From NCBI GenBank assembly GCA_965285935.1, contig OZ260665.1, forward strand, positions 28,210,001-28,274,000: a DNA stretch of 64,000 nt, written 5' to 3'. The notes under the pieces were generated by a model. That model saw only the letters and a program-made list of their open reading frames with translations, made no database searches and was not told where the DNA came from. The translations under genes were made by a program, and so were the position numbers. Positions 10,994 through 24,702 of this stretch are shown in pieces. This stretch comes from Ophelia neglecta (Eukaryota). The first letter of the stretch is position 1, and each line of letters opens with the position of its first letter.

Positions 10994-13900
10994 CTGAAAA
11001 GGAAACCGCACTTCAAGTGTCAATTGGCTGTGGAAAGATACATGAATTGATGTAATATGTCAGCGGTGGATGTCAATTGTATCGTTATCACAAGGCTCAG
11101 TTTCAGGACATGGGCAACATTTGATACTTCACGTGCAAAGTGCACTTGTCTTGTGACGGAAGATTGATTGCACCGGTGGCTGGCAGCCCCAACTCACAGA
11201 GAAATAAATGTATATATATCCTGTCTAAATGATGTAATGAAGTTAGAAGAAGACAGTTCGAGTTTTAACCATTCAGTGACCCACTGGAACTGCAATTTAG
11301 GGTTATCATATTGTTTTACCAATTTCTAATAGAAGACCTTTTTTCTAAACATTCCATGATTCTAGGAAAGTAGGCCTAAGTTTAGAATAAGGCTCGATCT
11401 GTATTTCCTGAATACTGTAAACTAGCGGCATTGCTGTGTGAATCCCCCGGCCTTACTTTCTGCTCTCAGCCAGCTACAGGAAAGTTTGGAAAAAAGATTT
11501 GTATGCAATATGCTTATTTCTGTCTTCTAGCATGGACACCGTTAAATGAGTTTAATAAGAACATTATGACCCACTCTTAAGAACGATGAGTTGCGCTAGC
11601 CACTTTCTTTCAAACTCTCTGTCTAACTGATTTCATCATTTGTGAGCTTGTATAATAAAGCATGCAACTCACATTATATCTCAAAGCTTTTGGTATAGTT
11701 AGCAGATTTAAACTCAAAAAAAATTGATAGCGTGCACCATTGCAATCCAGTAAATTTGTCATCATTCGTTTACAAACTCGTGAAATGCTGGCATTTTTGT
11801 TAGTTATCCAATTAGGTCCAATATATTTTATCTTGCCTACATATAGCCTAATGCATCACATTTTTCATAGATATCCCGGAGAACGCTTGTCACATTTACT
11901 CTTGTTTTTGAGATATGCCGTTATAAGAGGACCCTCCCTCCTGTCAAAGCTTCTTGTGGGACTTGTACAGAGTGACTACTTAATACTGGAGGTTAATATC
12001 TGTATCCCGCTCTATCGCATCATCATGCACTAGACCTGAGCTATTTGTCACATATTATAAGGTCAATATACCTGTTACTGTTACACCATGACACGCGTTT
12101 TTTTCTTGTGGTATTTCTACCAGAAGTAGAAGTCACAATTATTCATCTCATTTCTCTGCCTGTTTGAGCTCATATATGTAAATGTCACATGTGGCCAAAA
12201 AGTACAAGAAAAGTGAACAAACAATCGATTTATTTGTATTTTATATCTAAAAAAAGAGCTTTGTTAAAACAAATCTGTTGTTATTTGCCAGCCAGCTGGC
12301 AGGCAAAGAGCAGCCAGCAGCGAATTTCGCTGCTCCCGAGCAGCACATACAGGACTTTATCCAGTTACAAGGGTGTCCACCACATACAGGTCAGTCTAGT
12401 GGTCTACGAGACGAAGTAATGTCATCCAGCAAAGAACTTCATAGGCTGACCTGTTCTTAGTTTATATTGCCAGCTAGTTGAGAGTGCAATCAGAACAGAT
12501 ATTCATCAAAACAGATCGTTGGGGACCCCGTTCCTTGCCTCAAGATTGCATTGTTTCTATTGTTGATGTAGCACTCACATCCCACAGTCCCATTTTTCAC
12601 TGCCCTGTCATGTCTATATGATGGATCTGCAACCCTTCTCCCTCTATAGTAGCTTGCGGGGCCAAACCCATTGAACTTATGCAGATTTGAAGTGCTCCCC
12701 TTGGCTGCGCACCACCAGCAATGTGATCATTTTCATTAATTACAACCGCTCATAATCGCAAATCGGGGCGAAATTCGCACACATTGCCTCGCTCCATAAC
12801 CGCCCCGAATTCCCATAAATCAAACTAGCTGACGTGAATGGGAGCGCAAATGAAAAACGGCATATTTGGGATGGAAATATTGTCGGATTGTTTTAGTTTT
12901 TAGAGTAAATATGGCAGCCTCCCACTGATGGATTGCATGCGGTCGTGTCTCGTCGGCATGCTATTCGAGTCATGTCATTTTGTTGTAGATCACATCGTTG
13001 AGATAATAGCCGTGCCAGATCAGCGCTGACAATATTATCCCCTAAATCACAGAGCCTTCAATAACAGCCTCCTCGCCCTGCCCGACCCCATTGTTAGGCC
13101 GCCATTTGTATTAGAGAGAGCTTCAGTCTGGAACACTTGTATCTGACACGGCCGGAGCAGACACAATACTAATGACTGGCCGGCTGAACGGACCAAAATC
13201 TACAACCACTAACCTATAACTAGAGTCTCATCCATCAGCCTCCTCGCTGATACATCATTGTATAAACGTCCATGCTTCATCTACCCACTTCATTATATCA
13301 TTGTGTAAAGTCCACAAACCCCATCTCGTCTCACTCTACTAGAGCTAGCTAGACTGGGCAACCACCACCCCATCTTTATCTCACTCTTTTAAATGATTCT
13401 CTCTCTTAAATTAGTCTCTATTAATCTAGGTGATAGGCCCTATAGTTCGACCATCAACTCTCTTTTTTTCATTGCTATATATTTAAAATAATTCTTTCAA
13501 TACAAGTATAATGATATTGCTCTAATATAATGCGTGTTTTTATTTATTTATTAGCACTGCATCTTCGGAAAAGAAACTCCAGAAATTGAGCATGCCCCAG
13601 CTTCTTGGATTGTTCGGTGGGTAGCACGTTCTCTGAGTCAACTAAACACGATAACCATACTTTTTTTGCGATGTTAATTTATTAACCTTCTGGACTGTTA
13701 CGTTGATTTAAATAATCAAACTAATCAAGTACGGACATAACTGATACAAAGAATCATTGATATTCATGTATTATATGATGCCATCCAATTCAACTGCAAT
13801 TAGTGTGTTAAATGTTAAAAATAACACAATTAATGGCGGATATAAATGCTACATATATATCGTCACAGGCATATACGTAACAGCGGTGCCTTCCAAAGCA

Positions 13901-14142
13901 AATACAATTAATTCTGATAATAGCTTGCGATATAATTCAGCACACTATATATTCTGTCGCATTCAAGCAAACTTAATTATAGGCAAGGGAATATATATCA
14001 ACACCATTACATTACAGGGAGAAATGTCTATAACTACATGCATTGACTCGAATAATACAGTATCAGAAAAACGAGAATGGAGGGACACATATATTAGTAA
14101 AACATTAACATCTCTATCTTTATCCTAATATCTTAGTCGAGC

Positions 14143-14171
14143 CATAGATATGTATAATCTCTATATCTATG
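14143..14171. mobile_element. 29-bp micro-element: 9-bp perfect TIR CATAGATAT flanked by 7-bp direct repeat GTCGAGC
   Basis: GTCGAGC|CATAGATAT-GTATAATCTCT-ATATCTATG|GTCGAGC (TSDs 14136-14142 and 14172-14178). Confidence 0.75.
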
Positions 14172-15430
14172 GTCGAGCCACATTAGTTTTTTTACAAGTA
14201 GGTTATAACATGTATAAAGACGGCCACTGCAATGCACCAATTCCTTATTGGTTCGACCAATGCCTATAAATTGTGTCAGCTTTTCCATGTAGGGCTACGT
14301 GTGTATTTATATTAGCTTCGTTTTAAGTACAGTCCCCTTGCTATACGATCTTTTAAATGTATATTGCCATTTACCTCGTGCAATACTGGGAGCTGTTGGA
14401 TTCGGACTACATCTATACGAATACCAGTTGACTAGCCATCATTTATGTACATATAGTTTGTAATATATACCAGTCAAGTTGACAGTTCTAGCTAGTGACT
14501 TGTTTGCTTTTATAACTATAATTTATAATCACGAGACAGCGGGTCGTATTTCCATCATTTGTCTTGAATAAAGTATGGTGTTACAGGGCCTGAAGTGTGC
14601 CCGTCTGTTCCCGAGACCTTTGGCGGACTGTCCTCTTCAGATTGTGGGCAGACCGTCAGTTAGAACGGATAGTTTGTGTCTAACTCATTGAATTGTACCC
14701 AACGTTTGTTTACTCATCAAAACTGAGCTGCCTACAAAACGCATTGTTCTCTCAATCAAAATTATTGTCACTCGATTAAAATCATGTCGTTATATTGATA
14801 TAAGCACGACCTCATCGACTAGGCCGAGCCGTCGGGCTGATGGCTCACAGCCGGCCACAATACCATTCTCCGCTGATAGGTGTCGTTAGGCGGACCATCG
14901 ATCAAATCCCACTGTTTTCCCATGTCCCGAATCCATTGTTGTCCCAACACATGCTTTGTCAGTGCGAAGATTAATGGCATAGGGGCACATCATTCATCTT
15001 TTTATATGCTTTGAAGCTTGGATTAGCATTCGCCCCATGGCCAATTCACAAACATGCAATGAGCTATTTAATATCCATCAGTGATATCAGTTCTGTCAAC
15101 CAAATATGCTAGATGGATGATCTAAAAGGCGGCTTTTGTTGCAGTTTTTTTTGCAGTAAGGGTGAATTAGTTTATCTGTTAATTTTGTTATTTGTAAGCC
15201 TCACAGGAGCACTCATTGTTTTACTGTACAAGAAGCAACATATCATTCCGTAAAACAACAGCCTGCCCATTCAACCTACTGAAACCATGAGCGTATTGTA
15301 ATAATAACAAGATGAACGCTCTGTGTTGTCCCTAAGCCTCTACAGACTATACCAGATTTGTGTCAGATTTGTGTTTTCTCTATATTAGTTCATAGCTGAC
15401 GTGTGGTTAACATATACCATGCTCTGATTT

Positions 15431-15545
15431 AAGAGCTGGTGACTTTAGACAGGTTATTTTTAGTTGTTTAGTGTGGTTTTAATTTAGTCGTCTGAATTGA
15501 CAGGTGGTCTTAATAAAGAGGTTGTCTTTAAGGCAGGTTTTACTG
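15431..15545. mobile_element. Right-end fragment of a Tc1/mariner-type MITE, same family as 61701-61877
   Basis: TTTAGACAGGTTATTT...TGAATTGACAGGTGGTC...GAGGTTGTCTTTAAGGCAGGTTTTACTG aligns with 61769-61877. Confidence 0.6.
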
Positions 15546-18500
15546 TGTTATATGTACATGCAGTCATGAAATAGTGTCTAGTTAAATACTGATGCAGCAT
15601 TACGCGCCTGCTTAACTATTAGTTTAACGTGTCTATGAAGGTGAGTATATTTTTGATTTAGTCCTATGGCGGATGCCTTCAGTGATTTCGGTGTATCTCC
15701 CAGTGTATCTGCCGTTGAGTTGTGTTCTGGAAACGGTTTTCGGACGATAGCACGCTTCATTCGCTTCCTTCACATCGCGGACCCACAACGCGTTAACACG
15801 GGCGACAAACGCGCTATCTTTTCGCTCGAGCGGCGCGCAGATAACATACGCCTCACCTTGTCGAGGTTTAAGTCGGTGCTCGGTCGGCGAGTCGCTGGAG
15901 GCGGGTGATTTGAGACCGATCTGAACAGGTTTAGAGCAAAGACATCACAAGATGTTAGCTGCTCCGTGGCCCGCAGCCAAAACCCTCCTCCGCTGATGTG
16001 CTGCTAATTATTTCGCCTGACGGAGCTGACATATTCGCTATTTTCCACCTTTGTTCCCGCCTAATTCAAGCGTCCTATCCGACAAGCGTGCGCAGTCATG
16101 TGCACAAAAGCCTGCCCATGCGCACTGGGCCCGGCGGCGAGTTCCGGCCTCGTCTTGTGGAGTTATCATCTAACGTTTTCCGTCACCTCTTGACTCGCGA
16201 GCCTTCCTCTGGGCCCTCTCTTTCGTCTTTGATCATGGGCAAGGGCCTGCTCCCAGCTACTACACACTCATTGATTCCGTCTACAAGAGCAGTCGAGAAG
16301 TGTTTTTTTCTTGAAATTTTACCTCTTGTTCTTTGAGTACAGACTCCTCGGCAGAGCGACTTAATTTTCTTCTGGATTGTAAAGGAAGTCGAGTAGCTTG
16401 TTATGTCGTTATCGGGCGGCAGACATCAGTGTGCTGCGGGCAGATGTCTTTCTTCTCATTAAGGAAGACCTTAGAAACCTATAACTCAATTGAGAACTGG
16501 GAGCTCGGCCGGCGCTCTGTAGCCCCCAGGCCAATTGATAATGCAAAATCAGTTAATTGTGAAGCTTCGTTCATTAACTACACAACGTATGTGATCTTTG
16601 GCGGCTACTCAGATGTGATTAACGATAAGCGCGGTGGCAGAGCGCGGACTATCCCGGGGGAGGTGCCTCCAATACGCTTCAAAAACCCATCCGCCAGCAT
16701 TAAGTCGGCACCACTCGCGGTTACGGCTATTTCTCGCCTTCCTGCCTTATTTCCTTGACAACAGACGATTTCAGGAGATTTCTATTCGCGATTTATTCGC
16801 TGCGTAATGCAGGTTTTACGATGATTTGGCACTAACCTCCCCATGGGTCGACAAGGAGAACTACTTTGAATCGCGCGCGTCATTTACTAAGGGGCCGCTG
16901 TGGGACTTGCAACGAAATTTACCAACTAGGCCTAATGGCGGTAATTCGGCTAATGTCAAATGAGTGCCCAAGGGATAAATGTGTACAAATGAAATAATTT
17001 GGAAATCCTTGTCTCTAATTTGATTACACGTCTAGCAGTGCAGGAAAAAATAGACTGGAACATTTTGGCGGTTTAATTGATCTGTTTAGGAATGAAGCGT
17101 GAAAATAACTAACACTACTAACATAGTGTGCAATTTGTCTATTATTAGGGGGAAGGGGGGGGGGGTAGGTCATGATTAAAATGTATAGAAAGCAGATCGA
17201 GGCACACACCCCCTCCCGCCCCCTCCCTTTTCCCAAATAAAAAAAAAGACAAACGGGTTATACGTTCACCTTCAACGCAATACTCTTGGCTCATCTACGT
17301 CAAAGGACTCTAAAGGACTCTTATCTTAATTGTGCCCTTATTTTCAGTACCGGTATCCATCCACAGTCTGAGGTTGATGGCATCCTTTGGCCAGCCCCTA
17401 TTCTTGCTCACCCCTCGTGACCACGAGTCCGTCCGTCACACGATGTAACAGTCGCTGTTTGGTCACTCTCATGAGTGCCACTTTATAGTTTCGAGATATG
17501 ATCTGGTTGGGCAAAAAAGAGCGTCATCGATTTGGAGGTTTGGTGTAACTCTTTCCTTAACTTGTAATCCAACCAAGCCATTCAGCATGTTAATCTATGT
17601 GAAAACTTCAGACATCCCTCATGATGAGCTTCTTCTGCTATTTAAAGTGCCCTTGCTGGATCCCCAATGCTTGTATGTATACGTGTGAATTATCATCTAA
17701 TTTTTAGTAGGAGTCTATGCTTTCGCGCTGCTCAAACTTAAAAGTAGGCCTATAGGTTACTATACTTGAAGCTCTTTCCTGCGATCAGACGGAAACTTGT
17801 ATGAAATAAGTCCTTATAGGCCTATGGCAATAAGAAGGAACCTACATGTTTAAGAGGAAGGGGGGGGGGGGAGGTGCATGGGGCAGGAGGGAAGAATAGA
17901 ACTGTCATGGAATGTGCAGGAAATGGTCATATTGTGTGTCACCTGTTTTCTTGTTTTTTCACCCTTGATCGTACGTTGAAAGATGCGGTTTACTCTTTCG
18001 ATGATACTATAACTCTATTTTTGAGAAAATATTATTGGTGACCTTGATCGCTTAGACCTCGAAGCAGTAGGACACTTTGCCGTCGATCCAATCGGACACT
18101 TCAGCCCGCCCCAATTTATCTCTGATGGTGATCTTTTTTTCGCTTGACTAGCATGGCGAGTGACAACACTCACACCCACTCCAGGACACACCCTCTAAGC
18201 TCCCTCCTGCTCACCCCCAACCATAGTCCTGAACAATACCCAGCTGAGACCATTCCCGCCTTAAACCAAAATGATTGTTATTATAGTGTGGTGTAAAGCC
18301 AGTGCGCGTGCGTGTTCTCCATGAAGACAATGGAGATTGTTTAGTGTCTGTTACCAGACGATCTCGTACGAGTGACGGGCGTCCCAAGACAAGAGCCCTG
18401 ACAAGTGATGGGAGGACTTTATTAGTCGGGGCACCTGTCCAGTTAGAGGAGGGACAGTCACACACTGTGTACTATCAGCCGTTGTCACTCCCCTTCATTG

Positions 18501-20865
18501 TCAACTCCTCTCTCAGACCATCCACTCTAAAGAGTTGCGCAGAAGCGCTGTTGACCTCTGACCCGGGAGTACTTCATCAGAGGACTCAGTCTTGGCCTCG
18601 CCCCTTCAAATTGACTTTATGATTTTCGTCGGTACGTGTGTTTCGGTTCAAAGGTCACTGCGGATGTCATCTTACCAACTGACCAGTTTTGATGGCAAGA
18701 TGTTTCATTTTTTCCCTTTGTTTGTGGGCGTCAGTACCATGAATAGCATATTATAAGAAAGTCAAATTTGAAATGTTGACACTGATTGATTTTTTTAACG
18801 GCTTTAGCCAATGGCACGAGACATTGTGGATGCGCTTTTGAAATTACTTTTGGTATTTTCTCTCCAAATGAAGGCCTATCGTTTACGTACAAAATTTGCA
18901 ACGATGGTTAGTAACAATACGCAGTTAAAAACCTAAGGATAAAGACCACGGCTATGTGTATATAGATTTCTCTAATATGTGTATTAATTTGCGTTGATTC
19001 TCTATTATTTTATTCGCGTTTATCTATATCTTTATTATGTTTGCAATCTCTATATTAGAGGGAGAAAAGTGTACAAACAAACAAACAAACCAATGGATAT
19101 CGCGTGGGCGCTGTGATTATATTGGAGAAGACAGCGTTCTTAGCGCGGAAACTATAACGAAAAGTCGGGTGCACTCTGCGCGCTATACGGCTATTAATTA
19201 TATCTACTGCGCGGAATTAAACGATGCGGGAAACTGCTTGGGCGCGCTATGATACGACTTTATGAGCGGAATTAACCGAGTTTCTGCTCGAAAGTAAAGG
19301 ATGCGCGTTACAACCCGACATTTCTCTACCTTACAATACTGTATACTGATATATTGTGCTTGTTCTGAGCTCAGTAAGCTTGACTTACCTTCCCTGTCTA
19401 CCATCAACAAAAGTATCTCAGTATCTGACAGTTAAATGTTAAGTGTCACAAAAACCAATAATGCAAAATTAGTAAAATCCCAATATGACCGTTAAAGTGC
19501 GCACGTGCCTGCTATGGTTCACTGAATGCGAAGACAATCAAACTTAATCTTGTGTGTAAAACAACCAAAACAGAATAAATGTGACCATCGCTATTTGATG
19601 AAGCCTTGACATTGTAATGGCCATTTTACTTCGGGTCATTTGCCTGAGCATTGAATTAATACAAAAGGCTGTTTTCCAATGATTTGTGTGCTGCGCATGT
19701 TCAAGGGTTATTTTGGACACACACGGTGTTGCGGAGACCCTAACAGTTTCCCATCGGACAACCCCAGGGAGAGCCCTGCTGCAGTATATCATCAATGAGC
19801 GCGGCTCATTCCCCTCGCTCAAAGAATCTAATGAACCGTGCCACCCGTCAATGGAATGTACTCTCCATTTGCCAGTCGATATTGACTTCACATCGAGGGA
19901 AGATAATTGATGATTTTATAAACCAGCTCACTATGTCTGATTCTGCTTAATTCATACATCTCAGGTTTGAGATTTATGCCTCATTAAAGTTGATTTTACA
20001 ACGTTGGTTTTCTCGTGGTCATAGTGGATAACATTCCTTTGAATTTCAACATATTGGTGGTCCCAAATTGGCACTAACTCAGGCAATTGACATCCGGTTC
20101 TAAACCTGGCTCCAAATATGCCTGGCCTACCTACTTTACCCAATTAATTTGATTTTGGCCCAGTTCGTTTGGTTGTTAAGCATGCGGGTACTCTCTTACT
20201 AATAACGATAGCCTATAGATGGGCGTCTTGTGCAAAATCACAACGGTGCTTGTCTGAGAGAGCCACTTGAGTCATGAGTCATGGTCCATCGGTTTTGGAG
20301 AGAGTCATCGGTCACTTTGATCTGGTAAGATTGCCCTTCCCACATAGGCCTCGGAGACACATTCTCTGCTCTCGTTAATCATTCCCGTTATCAACTGTAT
20401 GCTAAATTGCAGTCTTGTCATGGCTGGGGGGCGATTTCCAGCCATATGGGCTTGCCCCCTGTGGACAACTGAGATCTAGTCTAAAGCTAACCGCCTCTTG
20501 AAGGCCCTTGGTGGGCCATTGGCGGCCATTTTGGGCGTCTAATAGTCCGTTCTGCGCCGCAGTGCCCGTAAAACTTCACATTGTTCATCCATACTTGGGT
20601 AAACATCGGTAAATGCATAAGGTGACCACCGATCCGTGACGGCTGAGTCGTTCCGACAGCATATTGTCTCTGAAAATAGGCATTTAGCCTGTCGACCCCC
20701 TAGAAAATGTGCCGTTGCCGACCTTTACCAATTTGTCTCCTTTGACGAATGGTTCTCTGGAGACGTTCTCGATTCTTCACAAATTCAGCATTTTTCGACC
20801 GTATTTTGTTATCTTGTATAGAACCAAGTCATGTCACTAGCACACATTGCGCTAAATACTCAAAT

Positions 20866-20998
20866 AAAAGTACTCAACCCCAATCTACTGGAACCTTAAT
20901 CAAAATGCTCAACACTCGACTACTGGAGCCTAAATCCATACACTCATCCCTCGACTACTACAACCTAATCGAAATACTCAACACTCGTCTACTGTAGC
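20866..20998. repeat. Degenerate ~35-bp tandem repeat, about 4 copies
   Basis: AAATACTCAACACTCGACTACTGGAGCCTAAATC-like units. Confidence 0.6.
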
Positions 20999-21007
20999 TC
21001 TTGTCCG

Positions 21008-21866
21008 TCTATAGCCTTCCCGCCTACATTTCCTGTATTCTTTTTCCCCGCCTATAGCCTTACTTTCCTTCACGCCTACATTTCATGTAGTCTCTTTCCC
21101 CGCCTATAGCCTTACTTTCCTTCACGCCTACATTTCCTGTATTCTCTTTCCCCGCCTATAGCCTTACTTTCCTTCACGCCTACATTTCCTGTATTCTCTT
21201 TCCCCGCCTATAGCCTTACTTTCCTTCACGCCTACATTTCATGTATTCTCTTTCCCGCCTATAGCCTTTCTTTCCTTCACGTCTACATTTCCTGTATTCT
21301 ATTTCCCCGCCTTTAGCCTTACTTTCCTTCACGCCTACATTTCCTGTATTCTCTTTCCCCGCCTATAGCCTTACTTTCCTTCACGCCTACATTTCATGTA
21401 TTCTCTTTCCCCGCCTATAGCCTTACTTTCCTTCACGCCTACATTTCCTGTATTCTCTTTCCCCGCCTTTAGCCTTACTTTCCTTTACGCCTACATTTCC
21501 TGTACGCTCTTTCCCCGCCTATTGCCTTACTTTCCATCTCGCCTACATTTCCTGAATTCTCTTCCCCGCCTATACCCTTACTTTCCTTCACGCCTACATT
21601 TCCTGTATTCTCTTTCCCCGCCTAAAGCCTTACTTGCCTTTACGCCTACATTTCCTGTATTCTCTTTCCCCGCCTATGGCCTTACTTTCCTTCAAGCCTA
21701 CATTTCCTGTATTCTCTTTCCCCGCCTATACCCTTACTTTCCTTCACGCCTACATTTCCTGTATTCTCTTTCCCCGCCTAAAGCCTTACTTGCCTTTACG
21801 CCTACATTTCCTGTATTCTCTTTCCCCGCCTATCGCCTTACTTTCCTTCACGCCTACATTTCCCTG
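21008..21866. repeat. Minisatellite array, 52-bp pyrimidine-rich unit, about 16.5 copies
   Basis: CGCCTATAGCCTTACTTTCCTTCA-CGCCTACATTTCCTGTATTCTCTTTCCC repeated. Confidence 0.97.
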
Positions 21867-24475
21867 TCTAGCCTTACATCACCCCCCTATAGCATTAGGC
21901 TGCTAATCTAGGCCTATATATTTAACGGCATCGTGTATGATGACATTTTCGCGAGTTTTTTTCTGCTCGCAATAATTTCTTGCTTAACAGTAGGGCCTAT
22001 ATCTTATAATCACTATCACCTTTTAGCCGTAGGTGCATGGAGGACGTTATGGTCGCTCTTAGTAACCGCTCTTTTATCGCTCAGACTGCCATCGAGCTCG
22101 AGTTTACTGATGGATTTATTCATGCCCGACTGATAAATGGACCAACTTGTCATCCGTTTTCGCTTCCGACGCTCTATTTCCGAGCGTTCGCTGAATGGGC
22201 GGCCGACAATAAATTAAGGGTTGGTAATGGACGTATGACACCTTTATGTACCACAGCCGTGAGTTACGACGATCGATATTGCGCCCGGGTTGCCCAATAT
22301 GTACAAAAACGGCGACATTTGCATACTCTCGCCATAGATCACGTGGCTAGTGGCGTAGTGTGACAGGCGCGAGGCGTTGCTATGACGACTCGGACAACAC
22401 TCGCCTGGAAATGGGTGCAGACGAGTTCGTGATCGGGAGATTAGATTGGATCGGAATCGTATCCGCACCAAATTGTTACCTTTCCTGGGAGATTAAGCCT
22501 GACTTGATGATCCATTGTTCAAACGATATTGTTCCCAGTAGACATTCATTACATAACAGTTTCCAACCAACAGCTTTATCGTTTGCTGTAGCCATAAATC
22601 TTCCCATTAGGGTCAACTGCTCCACATTGAATCTGTAGGTTACAAGAGTAACGGATACACATGTCTCAGTGACATCCAATCAGATCTCTGCAGAAAACCA
22701 CCCATTTAGGAACCTGTCCTTCGGATTTGTCATTTTGGAAGACCATTTCTGATTATTAATATCCTAGGCTATTGTACCGGCAGACATATCCTCTATTCTG
22801 TTCTTTGATCCTCTGGGATACGTAGGCCGTAAATCGAACAGCCGCAAACGGGAAGAATGTACAGGACAACCTACAGAACTAAAAAAAACGGAGGGTGATA
22901 TAAAGGCCTGTAGACAAAACGCATGGATAGTCAACACCGTGCAATGGAAGGGCTCTTGTAGAAGTAACTGGCGGTCTGCCTGACCGCGCTTGAAATTTCA
23001 ATGTGAATTATGTTACAAGTTGAAGGAATTTGTATTTCACTAAGATTTACATTAAATATATGCCTGCTTATAGATGGAATGGCTCGTTTTTTTTATCCGC
23101 CCAATGTCCTTTCATTGTTCTCCATGACAGCTCCTTCAACGTAACCCGTACAGGCATGGTCTTTGTGTACCGCATATTGCTTTATTTAACTTTCATTGTC
23201 GACAAAGTATCTGACGCTATGCGTTGTAAGTTTTATCAAATTATGTATTGGCTGTTCAAGTTCGAAATGTAATAGTTATCATGTCTCATACCCTTTATTT
23301 AGAACATATCAGAATGATAAAAAAAAATGCAACGTTTCACGCCACACTTTCGCAAACATCCGCCATGTTTTAAGCGGTCGTTACTTCACTGCGCAGCGGT
23401 AAAACACGCATCCGGTACCGCCAAGCGATCGTACCGAATACCCACCGTCGATAAGATGCGTCCTGTATTCCGCGAAATGTTGCGCTGCTGTCCTAAAAGA
23501 CGCAATAGTCTGAAGGGCCGCATTCCCCAAGCCAGGTGATGAAGGGCGGTCAGTGTATACCAGAGTGGCCTTACAGCAAGCTACTTAGCGCTGAACAGAG
23601 ATAGCCGCTTTAACTGATTTATCTTGTCCATTTACACCACCCTCGCTGCTAAACGTGTAGCTATGTGTGTTATCAAAGGACTCAGCGCTACAGAATTCTC
23701 CCCGACGTGGAGTGACAGTGCCGTAAGGTTAATGCTAAAGGTAAATTCAATTTAGCTCTGTAGTAAAAACTAGATACTCACTTATGCTCTGTTTCGATTT
23801 AAATTAATATTGACATGTTGACATCATATAGTGTCGCCTATAGGTGTTAGACTATCGACATGCATGCTTTACGGAAGAAGAGTAGTAACCCTTGTCAGGG
23901 TTTTCAACAGATCAAACAAAAACCCATGCTGCCTATAGCTAGGATTATCTTGGTATCGGTATATTGTGTTTTTTTTTTTTTACAGAAGGAGGACACTTGG
24001 TCTACCATTTGATTCCGCGGTGGTATATAATCTATGAGCTTTGTGGTGTGTCCCGTGTCACGCACACCTAGCCTCCCGAGTCGGCCTCAGGTGCGAGGCG
24101 GTCAGAGTGTTGGGCGGCTGATTGCCAGTGGCGGGTAGAAGATGGAAGAGGTTGTCCTCCTCTGGCCTTCTGTCATCATTCATCAGGCGGGGTGGCAGGC
24201 CGGTAGGCCGGGAGCTGCCCGGGACATATCCACGCGCTGACGGGTCCCCGGTGGGTTGGGGGTATTTCGCCTGTCTTTTCTAGTTATCCTTTCGGGCCGA
24301 CCGCTCTCAACTGACCTAGCCGTTTAAGGTGGTCGGTTTAGGCCACACATAGGGACCCCATGTGTCGTACGCTTATTGTTAAACCTAATTATAGTGTCGT
24401 TTAGATGCATATAGCATTATCTGCCAAAATGTCAAAGTGGACAATCCAGATTGTTGTTTGTTGCTAATATGTCAG

Positions 24476-24702
24476 GGGCCTGTTGCATAAATCTTGTTTA
24501 GATTTGAACGGGTTAAAATATTTACCTCGTTTATTATAACTCGTTAACTGCTGTCGTGTTTATTGGATTGCCATAGTTTCAACATGTAATTAAACGGGTT
24601 AACTTTTAACCTAGGTTTATGCAACCCAATAAACGGACTAGAAAGAGTTAACCCTCAAACTTAGCGCGTTCAGACGATAAACAAGATTTATGCAACAGGC
24701 CC
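24476..24702. mobile_element. PIF/Harbinger-type MITE (227 bp)
   Basis: Perfect TIR GGGCCTGTTGCATAAATCTTGTTT / AAACAAGATTTATGCAACAGGCCC; 3-bp TSD CAG at 24473-24475 and 24703-24705. CWG targets and GGGC termini are typical of animal Harbingers. Confidence 0.9.

Noticed and set aside
21396-21911. Hydrophobic ORFs here and the Cys/His-rich ORFs at 29205-30227
   Set aside because: Satellite translations.
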